Shown here piece after piece: positions 1-11,031 of a stretch of DNA of 64,000 nucleotides. The DNA lies in NCBI GenBank assembly GCA_951406725.2, contig OX597814.1, positions 34,596,001-34,660,000 on the forward strand. The letters run 5' to 3'. Below the pieces are notes generated by a model, which saw only the letters and a list, made by a program, of their open reading frames with translations, was not told where the DNA came from and did no database searches. The translations under genes were made by a program, and so were the position numbers. Each line of letters begins with the position of its first letter. Positions within the stretch are counted from its first letter, which is position 1. This stretch comes from Octopus vulgaris (taxonomy: Eukaryota).

Positions 1-195
1 AATAAATGTCCAATCGTACTTTTTCTTGTTGATTCAAAAGTTTTTCAATTATCTATTCACACACGACAGAATAGTGCACAGAGAAATTCGGGTCTTAAAC
101 TCCAGCATCTCCTTCACGCTTAGATAGTCCAGATGTAAAGTATCAGCTACAAGGACGATAATTATGGATGGGGAATGAGGGTAGAAAGACATCAA

Positions 196-1036
196 ACAGG
201 CGTAAGAAATGTCTTGATATGAAAAGTTGCTTATACAATTCAGTCTTACACTATAATCTTTACAGCTGTTTCGGATAATCAATAACTGGTGATTCTCTAC
301 CTTTACTCACGCCCACTGTTTTTCTTTCTTCCTCAGCATATTCACCGTCACATTCCCTGCCTCATCTCCCCCACCCCTTATTCGTACAACTGATTTTTAT
401 TCTTAGCTGATACACTTTACAATACATATTTTCATGCCCTTATATATTATTGCCTCTTTATCCTTTTCATATCCATTCCCTGTTTGCATTGATTAATGAC
501 TTTCTTTTGGAGCTGGTCTGGCTAGCTCCATTTCTTGCACTCTTAGTTTTATAGTCATTCAGGTTCCTTTGAAATGTTCTGTATAGTACCTTTTTCTTAC
601 TCTTAATTATATACCTATTGCTTGTGCAGATAGTTGGCACAATAACCGAATCCCTCTCAGTTAACTACCTGTCTCATTCTTCTCCCTATTTACCTTTATA
701 CTTATCTCTATAAATCCTTTCCTATGTCTCGCTATCTATCCAATTCATAGAAAATATACATATTTATAAACACTGGCTACCCTAAGCCTTTTGCCTAGTT
801 TTTCTGATGAAGGTACCGCGACTTTGCTGCAGGTAGCTATCAAAATATGTGCTAGCAAATACATTTCATTTGCTTTTATGCATACTTGCAATATCGATTC
901 AGTATTAGACTTCTCTGCATAATATGCTTGGTTATATTAAACATCGATTATTCGAAACAGCTGCAAAGATAAGCTTTGATTACACCGTGTAAATCGTACA
1001 TGCAACTTTTCATATAGATATATTTCTTACACCTGT
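196..1036. repeat. Foldback (inverted repeat) with ~90-bp arms, Penelope pLTR-like
   Basis: The reverse complement of 256-283 (attgattatccgaaacagctgtaaagat) matches 943-970 (atcgattattcgaaacagctgcaaagat) at 25/28. Similarity continues outward (gcaacttttcata...atttcttacRcctgt) to about 196 and 1036. Confidence 0.7.
798..970 (+). ncRNA. Degenerate type I hammerhead ribozyme-like motif (Penelope-type)
   Basis: CTGATGA at 804-810 and GAAAC-AGCT-GCA at 954-965, with a palindromic AGCT loop. Stem I is tttt/aaga. The cleavage triplet is GCA here but GTA in the inverted copy at 261-272. Stem II is long and poorly paired. Confidence 0.4.
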
Positions 1037-1842
1037 CTCTCTCCTTGGGTCTCTCGCCTTCTGTACACAGACACGCCCACACCCACAAAGCCGAAAATAC
1101 ACACGCGCGCACATATGCACACACACGCACACATAGTGAGGTATCCATATACAAACGATTCTCTAAACAAAGAAATTGAATAACGAACTATTTTTCTGAC
1201 GAAACTTATAGTCGCATAATGAGCTGAAGTTTAACCACGAGCAGATTACATATGCGTATATATGCGCATAAGTGTCTGAGACAGCGTCTACAAATGGTTC
1301 GTTAACTCCCTTGTGTGCATTTCATGTACCTTGCAAATTTTCATATTCTATATAGAATATGAAAATATTTCTCACATTTTTTGGGTAAAAACATAAGAGG
1401 CTAACTGGGTGAAGACAAAGGCAAAATGTCGGCGTGCGCACACAGACACGTTCACCTATATATATATATATTCATGTATTTGATGGACAAATAATACATC
1501 ACTTCATGCCTTTATATGGAGATTGAGTGCGGAGCTTAAAAATCTCCTGCTTATATGTTTCAATAAATCTTATGTCGATCAATTTGCTTAACGAACAAGA
1601 ACGTGGAACGAATTATATTTGTATACAGAGATTCTCTCATTTATGTATGTATATACAGGCACTAATGTACTTTATTTACTAACATGCCAATCTGTTGATT
1701 TAGAACTATATAATGTAGAATTATATTGTACAGAGACCAATATATATATATACATTTGCACATGCAACACACCTCCCCACCCATACATATATATATATAT
1801 CTCATACATACATATATACATACATACATGCATATATATATA

Positions 1843-1902
1843 TAGTGGTTAGGATTCCTGGCTTTCACCCAAGCGGCCCGGGTTCGATTCCCGGCATGGG
1901 AA
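1843..1902 (+). tRNA. tRNA-Glu (anticodon TTC), 5'-truncated, probable pseudogene
   Basis: TAGTGGTTAGGATT-CCTGG-CTTTCAC-CCAAG-CGGC-CCGGG-TTCGATT-CCCGG-CATGGGAA matches eukaryotic tRNA-Glu from the D-arm onward. The 5' acceptor strand is replaced by (TA)n. A T7 run follows at 1908-1914. Confidence 0.85.
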
Positions 1903-1914
1903 CTTGATTTTTTT

Positions 1915-1978
1915 AATGGCGGTGCCCCAGCATGGCCACAGCTCAAGAGCTGAAACTGGAAAACATAAACATAAATAT
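1915..1978 (+). mobile_element. SINE/LINE-type 3' tail module
   Basis: ggcggtgccccagcatggccacag...ctgaaactggaaaa(cataaa)n. Related tails occur at about 14741-14800 and 22843-22895, and reversed at about 31455-31485. Confidence 0.6.
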
Positions 1979-2112
1979 ATACATACATATAATTGTTTCA
2001 AGGACCTATAATCCTTTAAGGGGTGCTAGCATCCTAGTTCTCTGGTTTATACCAGTGTTCAGTGAAAACAAAATATATTAGTTTTGAACTGATATACATT
2101 GGTATTTAAAAT

Positions 2113-2508
2113 ATTTATGAATGAGAAGAGGAAGGAAATGGAGAAATTGACATGCCGACATCAGTTTATTCAAAGATATTCAAATACGTATAGTGAAATT
2201 TTAGTCCTACAGCCGTTTCCATATCCAATTAGTTAAATTACAGAAATTGAATTACATTAATTTAATTTAAGTTTTCATACTGAAACTGGTTAATTGGGTA
2301 TTTCACCAGGGAAGAATTTTCCAAGAGCGAGTTACATCTCAGCGTGTTGGTTGACATATGACGGACGCTTTAATTTCTGTAACTGAACTAATTGGATATG
2401 AACACGGCTGTAGGACTGCAATTTCTCCATATGGATTTGAACATCTTTGAATGCACTGATGTCTGCATGTCAATTTCTCCATTTTCATCCTTTTCTCGTT
2501 CTTATATA
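2113..2508. repeat. Foldback element with ~135-bp inverted arms
   Basis: Arm 2113-2248 pairs with arm 2372-2508, e.g. atggagaaattgacatgc / gcatgtcaatttctccat and gtcctacagccgt / acggctgtaggac. Confidence 0.9.
2204..2313 (-). ncRNA. Degenerate type I hammerhead ribozyme (Penelope-type, dimer-forming stem III)
   Basis: Minus strand reads ttcc-CTGGTGA-aatacccaatta...taattggatatg-GAAAC-GGCT-GTA-ggac. Stem I is tcc/gga and the base of stem II pairs at 10/12. The core has one change (CUGAUGA to CUGGUGA) and the 10.1-11.1 pair is mismatched. Confidence 0.6.
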
Positions 2509-2744
2509 TATATAACAGTATATATGATTGTGTAATTTAGACGTGCCCATTCCGTATTTACATTCGGCTACTGAGAATCAGCAGGAGTACTGGTGAACAT
2601 GTTATACAGAAAACAGTTTATTTCAAAGAAGTCGGCGGAAATCCTATCGTATTCTCGGTTTAGATTCCCGTTTTTATGCGATTTTTGCTTCTCAGAAATC
2701 AATACGTTAAGTGACATAGAAAATATGCGTTTGTGTGTATGGAT

Positions 2745-3665
<921 letters not shown>

Positions 3666-4164
3666 ACATGAAGTAATCCGTCGCAAAATAATCATTCTTT
3701 CTAGACAGAAACATATCTTTTACTGATGCCTAACAGTAGAGATACTGTTTGGAATTGGAATAAGCTCTGACTCTAAGAATCAATCTTGCTAAGAATGCTA
3801 CGCGTCTGGTATAGTAATGTTGTGTATTGATTTTTCGTGACAAAACAAAATTGTGGAGAGTAGTTCACACACAGAGGTACACAAAAGTAGATGACTGCAC
3901 TTGCCCACCGATACATGCATGTATGTATGTATATAGATACACACAATTTGTGTACAGTTTAATTTCGCGGGAAAGTACGTATGCACACATAGATCTACGT
4001 ATTCAGATATCGATTTATATACTGTAATTTTTTTTGGTTTTGTGTAAACGTCCACGCACATACATACATACATACACATAAATATATATATGGGCCATAA
4101 TATATATGTGTGCTTGTGTGTCTATGTCTGTATGCATGAATGCGGAAATAAATAAATATATCTT

Positions 4165-4177
4165 CATCTATCAATCA

Positions 4178-4256
<79 letters not shown>

Positions 4257-4257
4257 A

Positions 4258-4289
<32 letters not shown>

Positions 4290-4359
4290 TTGTCTGTCTG
4301 CTGTCGGTCTGCCAGTTTTTCTGTTCGTCTGTCGTTCCGTCCGTCTGTCTATTTCTCTG

Positions 4360-4421
<62 letters not shown>

Positions 4422-4462
4422 GATCGATTGATCTATCTATCGATCGATTGATCTATCTATCT
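4165..4462. repeat. (CTAT)n/(CTGT)n microsatellite
   Basis: Seen directly. Confidence 0.95.
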
Positions 4463-4775
4463 GTACCGCCTCTTGCAGTAGGACCTAGGGCTAAAAATGC
4501 TCACACACAGATGCACGCACACCCACATACACACAAACACACATATATATGCATGAATGTATGTGTACATATATGTGTATGTGTACATATATGTGTATGT
4601 GTGTGTATGTGCTTATATATACACATACATATATACATTCACAGATACTGTTCAATTTCGGAAGGATAAATAAATGCAGATACGCGAATACACTATTTTT
4701 GATACAAATGCATTGCGCGTGTAGATGCTTTTTATACACGTAGGAGGACTTGTGTGTGTGTGTGTGTATGTGTGC

Positions 4776-4810
<35 letters not shown>

Positions 4811-5164
4811 CGAGCGTACGCTTGCGTGTGTGTCTACGTGTGTGTGTGTGTATATGTATACCTATGTATAGATTGATAGACATATAGATACATACATACA
4901 CATATGTATGTATGTGTGTGTGTATATATATATAATATAAATAATATATATATATGTATTTATGCCTGCATATTTATATGTTTGTATTCCCTTGTAAAAA
5001 GAATGGTTTCTCAGTAAATGTGGACACCATTCTTCATATGTCACCCTGTATCATTAACGGAAGGGAAAAACGTTGGCAATCCCTTTCAGGACTCTTTAAC
5101 GTGGCAGTCACCGGAAATTAGTATAGAGAACACCAATTTGGTCTCATTCTGTAATTCTCCTTAC

Positions 5165-5231
5165 CTCTGTAGCTATCCAATAATATAGCCTCAATAGGTT
5201 ACAAAGCACAACTTTTTCCCCTAATTTAATA
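5165..5231 (-). other. Candidate 67-bp internal exon, unverified
   Basis: Minus strand has acceptor ttcattttacag and donor GAG|gtaagg. One frame is open (IKLGEKVVLCNLLRLYYWIATE). No homology recognised. Confidence 0.2.
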
Positions 5232-6249
5232 CTGTAAAATGAAGCACAATTATCATATAAATTTCGTTATCTAACAATTACAAAACGAACACCATTTTAC
5301 GACTGATTGCTGTATTGTTAAATCCTGAACTTACTGTGCATCTTAAGAACACTATTAGAACGTTATAATTCCCTACTCTTTCAAATCTGAACGTAATATA
5401 GAAGGAATATATCTCGCCCGTAACACGCACACACACACATGCACACGCACGAACACACACACACGCACACTTCTCGTTTAAACGTTTATCGACTCTTAGT
5501 AACATTCATCCAATTAGTTTTGAAATACTGGCTAAATGCCAAAGTGAAACTCTCAGTAAATGAATGCATAAATAAATAAATAACTTTATTGATGTGAACT
5601 AAACATAAAAAAATACTACGTTTAGGCATAACAAATTATCACACTCCTTTTCAGTATATTAGAAAATATGTGCAGAAGCATGAAATATATTTACCAGAGG
5701 AAGGAAACTTGCATGACAAAGCAAAGCGGCTTAATAAGTAATAGATATATTTTCCTCTGAATTAGGTTACTTGTATGTTAAGGAAGTTGTAACATTGTTC
5801 AAATAAAGCCATACAGTCAAACGGTCGATCTTACTCCTATTTAACCGATATTAAATAAGCGTCCTCTCAATTGTCACTTGGCTCATTTGCAAGGTTTCTT
5901 TATTTTCTTACACTGATACACTATTCCAGAACACATACACATACGCACACACGTACATATGCCCAAACACACACACACACTACACATGACATGATACATA
6001 CATACGTGCGTATAGAACCGTGATATAAAGTGGTTAGATCAGCCGTGGTGAGAATACAGAGCAGACGTCTGTCTCAAATCTTATAATACCAAAAGTGAAA
6101 CTTTCCTAACGGCTGTCGTAAAACCCCAGAACGGGAAAACATCATAAAGAGATCTGATAGTCAGTTATTGATATAGGAAGGACTAGCCTAATAAACATAT
6201 TCTTCAGGACTAGCCTCATAAACATATTCAAAAGAGCAATATATGCTGG

Positions 6250-7250
6250 AATCGATGTGCCAGACTGGGTGGCATTCACACGAGGCCTAAAACTACGGTA
6301 TCATTACGTACTTGAATGCGTTGTATATGCTATACAAAAGTTGCTTGGATGCATTCTTCCAGGATCAGAGTGAAACATAACGTGGTGACTGAGAGCAGAC
6401 ACGACGAAAGAAAGGATTTTGGGGCTAATGTTAGGGAAGTGAAACAGTCCCGCCGAAATCTGCTGACTGCAAGGCTGGACTATAAAAGGCCGTTTGACTC
6501 TGTTCCTTACTCATGGATAATAGAATCACTACGCGTTGCTAAGGTTTAAACTGTTTAAGTCAAAGTTATTAAGAGGCTAACAGAAAGAAACTCCATCGAG
6601 CTAGCGATAAGAATGGAAGGGACTACACTAATCACTAACAAAATTAAGCAGTCAACAAGAATATTTCAAGGTGACAGCTTATCGGTAAGGCTTTTCATCC
6701 AGGCAGCAAATTCTTTGTTAGCCCTGTTAAAGGTAAAAAAAAACAAAAAAAAATCTCCCTCTCACCATATAGGCTATATGATTGGAGTTGCATCTGAAAT
6801 TAAAATTAATTTCACCCGCAACTTGTTTTTGATGTTCTTAAGAAACCATCCATGAGATCAATAGTAGCAGTTGGAACTGGTTACAACATGCTTGCAGGTC
6901 AGAGGAATAGAGTTTGGTCAAGAGAATTGTTCATAGTTGGAAGTCAAACGAGAAAACATTGTCGATCAGGCAATAGCCTGTTTATCTCCCCTGTCTATAT
7001 TGATGAACGTTATAAGTAGTTTGGAATCGACAAGAATATCGCATATATTTGCATTGTTATTAAAGCTAGGGTGACAAAAAAATATACTTCAGCAGACATC
7101 GGAAAGCATGGAAATTAGAGTTGTTTGCATTCAGAAGAAACTATATTCTATAAGATTAGTTCAAACGGCCTTTGAGTGTCGCAGTGTGTCGTATAGACAC
7201 CTTATGAGCAGTAAAAAGAGAAATGAGTGGACTTCATGTATAATAACTGG
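6250..7250 (+). mobile_element. Decayed R4/Dong-like non-LTR retrotransposon, RT region
   Basis: RT motifs LDYKRPFDSVPYSWII (cf. DYKKAFDSVPHSWI) and RIFQGDSLS (cf. GIFQGDSLSP), with many stops and frameshifts. Confidence 0.85.
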
Positions 7251-7482
7251 ATTGGTATCCCGTCGGTCACGACGACGAGTGTTTCACTTGATCCGATCAA
7301 CAGAGCAGACTGCTCGTGAAATTAACGTGTAAGTGGCTGAGCACTCCACAAACACACGTACCCATAACATTATTCGTAAGGACATTCAGTATTACTCTAA
7401 ATGCGATAAGGATGGCCCTTTGAATTACAGATACTATTAATTTTTGCCTGCCGAGTGAACTGGAATAACATGAAATAAAGTA

Positions 7483-8725
7483 TCAGGTTGAGTAAAAAGC
7501 AAGTAATGTTTTGAACCATGAAGAATTTGTCCCGGATCTTTGCAGAGTTTTAAACGTTTTTTTTTTTTCTAAATAGTCTGATAATACAGACATAGACTTG
7601 CCCAAATGCATCAATAAATTAACATCGATATTTTTTCCCCGTTGTTACTATCATCTCGAATGGAATTGTCATAGCGCGATATTCGAGCAATTTTGCTATT
7701 CAACTTCAAAAAAGGACCTAAATCAGCTGAAACTGCTAGCGATATCAACGAAACGTTTGGTTAGGAAATGTCCAGTGAGTGATCTGCTCGAAAATTGTTT
7801 AAACGATTTCGCAGTGGTGATCTGAGCCTTGAAGACCGTGAGCATAGCGGACGCCCATCTCCCATCTCCCACGGTCAATTAAAGACTGCTATTGAGAAAG
7901 ATTCATGCAAAACTACTCGAGAACTGGCAAAAGAACTTCAAGTTAGCCAGAAAACTACCTGCAACCATTTACACGCGATCGGAAAATCGAAAAAGCTCGA
8001 CAAATGGGTACCATACGATATGAATGAAAATCAGAATATGCGCAGATATGAAATTTGCTTGTCGCTTCATCTCAGTAACCAGACTGATTCATTTCTCGAC
8101 CGCATTGTAACTTGCGATGAAAAGTGGATTCTGTACAATAATAAAAAACGTTCTCCACAGTAGTTGGACTAAAATGAAGCACCGAAAACCTTCCCTAAAT
8201 CCGAGCTCTTCAAAACGAAGTTTATGGTGACTGTTTGGTGGTGTACTGTTGGACTCCTCACTTTAACTTAAAACCCAGAAAAACTGTTATTGCGGATACA
8301 CATTGCCATGGACTTGCCAAAATGAATGAAAAGCTGCTAATCCTCCGTCTCAGACTAGTCAACAGAAGAGGGTCAATCATTCTTCATGACAATATCCGGA
8401 CCACACGTTTCACTAATGACGCTCTAGAAGTTGAGGGAACTCGGCTACGAAGTTCTTCCTCACCCAGCTTATTCCCCAGACCTTTCTCCTACTAACTTTC
8501 TTCCGAGAGGAGTTCAAATACCAAACTGATGCTGAAAGTGCGCTCAAAGAGTTTGTCAGCTCCAGAAGTCCAGATTTTTTATATGTTACCAGACTAAACA
8601 AACTTGTAACTCGTTGGGAAAAATGTGTTGATTGTAATGGTACTTTGATGAACAAAATTTTCCGCATTGTTGAAATATATTGTGATGAATGTTGCAAAAC
8701 GTTGCTTACTTTTTACTCAGCTTGA
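7483..8725 (+). mobile_element. Full-length defective mariner DNA transposon (1243 bp)
   Basis: TIRs tcaggttgagtaaaaagcaagtaatgttttg / caaaacgttgcttactttttactcagcttga, with TA duplication at 7481-7482 and 8726-8727. Confidence 0.95.
7660..8650 (+). pseudogene. Mariner transposase pseudogene (Hsmar1/SETMAR-like)
   Basis: Motifs FKRFRSGDLSLED..HSGRP, KWVPYDM, FLDRIVTCDEKWILYNN, LHDN and HPAYSPDLSP, broken by stops and frameshifts. Confidence 0.92.
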
Positions 8726-8813
8726 TATCTTGCTGAAGGACACAACGCACGGCCGAGAATTGGACTCACAAGAGTGAGACGAATACCCTAACCACCAAGC
8801 CACGCGCCTTCAC

Positions 8814-9140
8814 CTGTGTAATCAACAATGTAGATAATAACATAATGAAACTAGTCGAAGAACTCTTGAAATATTACCCTGAATTTTCAGCTGCGCCACG
8901 TGAAGCAAGAGGTCTGTACTGATCTACTTGAAAAAAGACGTGGGAAAGAAATACTCATCATATCTGCAGAAAGTTATGCATGAAAACATAGCCTGCAAGC
9001 TAAGGAATGCTGGTAACATTGACAGGAATTGCAGTCTCAGCTTCTACTGGACGTATGGCAAATACGTCACTTATAACCTAGAAGACTATGCTTTTGCTAT
9101 CCAAGAACAGCAGATAACTACGAAATATCCGATCAAGTGA
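8814..9140 (+). mobile_element. Continuation of the R4/Dong-like LINE after the SINE
   Basis: EDYAFAIQEQQITTKY (cf. EG.IFAIQEQ.I.T). The reading on the left (..TSCIIT) resumes as CVINN on the right. Confidence 0.75.
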
Positions 9141-9239
9141 ATCCTTATCGTCGAAAACGACGGATAACCATATGTTTCGTTTTATGTATGTATTGTCATG
9201 CATATAGTTGTATGTCTAGACATGTGCATATACATTTAA

Positions 9240-9842
9240 ATGCTAAAGTTTTGGAAAGTTTCATACAAATTTTGACAATTCCATTGACGGTTTGAATCTG
9301 TAATCTGCTAATTAGCCTTCAACTTTCTGGTTTTGAGAAGGCTAATTCTCAAGATTCGTGCTTAGACAGTTCGTTACATATCCCAGTACCCCGATAATTA
9401 CATATTTCAGCGTAGGTATTTTTTTTAAATCTTCGGGTTTAAGCTGATGTACGCTGGGCAATACATTTCCACTACTGCACATAGTTTCTCTTCTCTGTCC
9501 TAAATCACCATGTCTGGTATATTTGTGTTTACATTTTATTGAGGTTTTCACTGAGATGTTCCACCAGTGCTCTTTCATATGAGCGGCTATGACGTCTACC
9601 ATACTGTGGTCCTTATCATTTTGGCCTGAGGATTATCATTCTGACACATCTCTTTATTCAGTGTCTGGGCTACAACATCATGTACCATTGGTAGATTTTA
9701 GCGCGATGACATTTATGAGCAACTGCTCATGATGTGGGTGATATATTCGGTGTTAACTCCACAATGGCAGCATCAATTGTCATATTTTGATGTTTCCCTA
9801 GGTATCTGTCTCTTTTGTGCATCAAGTATTTTGCTGTTGCTT
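9240..9842 (-). mobile_element. R4/Dong-like LINE 3' part (zinc finger plus restriction-like endonuclease), inverted
   Basis: Minus strand encodes ITHIMSSC, HDVVAQ, WWNISVKTSIKCKH and IIGVLGYVTNCL. Same family as 33100-33850. Confidence 0.8.
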
Positions 9843-10075
9843 GTGGCTTAGTGGTTAGAGTGTTGCACTCATGACTGTAAGTTTATATTTTCCATTCTTG
9901 GATCAGGTGGTGCACTGTGTTCTTCATTTCACGTTGCTCAAGTCCACTCAGCTGGCAAAAATAGGTAATTCTGCGACGAATCGGCGTCTCGTCCAGGGGA
10001 GAATATATACGCCACAAAATCCAAGAAACTGGCCTTATGAGGCTATGGCTCGGGGATGAAAGGCGGTGGCTTTGA
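9843..10075 (+). mobile_element. Older tRNA-derived SINE (22406 family)
   Basis: A-box gtggcttagtggttagag, body agtccactcagctggcaaaaa, tail ctgcgacgaatcggcgtctcgtccagggg. Confidence 0.8.
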
Positions 10076-10719
10076 TTCTTTATTTTATGTATGTATGTAT
10101 GTACTGATGTATTTTTGAAATTTCGCATCAATAGAAAAAGAATCTGTTTCTAATCCTAAAACAGAGTTATTTAAATTGGAATTAAAACCTCGGTAATGTC
10201 ATGTTCGTTCGTTTCTATGTATGTATATTTTCGCGCATGTATGCATATATGCATGCATGTTTATTGCATGCGTACATTTGTTTTGATTTATATGTGTACG
10301 TAAAAATGTTCGTATCTCTGAAAAGTCTCTATATAGCTATTGTTGGCTAAACATCAAAGATATTCAACATATTTTTAGTTCCCTTAATAGTTTGTAATTA
10401 AAGCTATTATTAATTATTAATCGTAATTAGCCTTGTCGTCACTGGTTTTTTGAAGTCTAGATTCTCAGTATTGTCGGTGGGTTATGTAACTGTCTCAAGA
10501 ATCACTGGCTGATATCTATATGTGTATGTATATATGTAAATATATGCTCATATATATATATGTCTATATATGAAGCGTAAATAACCAGTCTTTCTCGGCT
10601 GTTTTCCCAGCTATATCACGTTCGAAAGTTACTTTCTTGTCTGTAAGATACCAAAAGTTCCGAGAAGCTAAAGGCAAAACGAAATATATTTTGCTAGACT
10701 AACAATAACGGATTAAATG

Positions 10720-10759
<40 letters not shown>

Positions 10760-10806
10760 TATTGAATTCCATGTCTCTCTCTCTGTTTTGACTATCTCTC
10801 TGTATG

Positions 10807-10848
<42 letters not shown>

Positions 10849-10973
10849 TATACATACACATATCTCTTATATATATATATATTATTCCTGGGCGTCAATA
10901 ATACTTTAATTGTTCCACGTCCTGCGTTGCTGTCTTTTTTTTTCTTTTTTTCTGTGTTTTCTTGTTTGGATTA

Positions 10974-11031
<58 letters not shown>

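Larger units (their letters stand above)
7257..8813 (-). mobile_element. tRNA-derived SINE split by a mariner insertion (pieces 7257-7482 and 8728-8813)
   Basis: Rejoining gives ...atgaaataaagTA|tcttgctgaaggacacaacgc.... The tRNA-like head is at 8760-8813 and the tail is shared with the SINEs at 17368 and 63268. Confidence 0.85.

Noticed and set aside
6179-6229. 27-bp tandem duplication aggactagcct.ataaacatattc
   Set aside because: Two copies only; an ordinary local slippage event.
7795-8163. 122-aa ORF as a functional SETMAR-like gene
   Set aside because: It is a fragment of a transposase with stops and frameshifts inside a TIR-bounded element; no SET domain is present.
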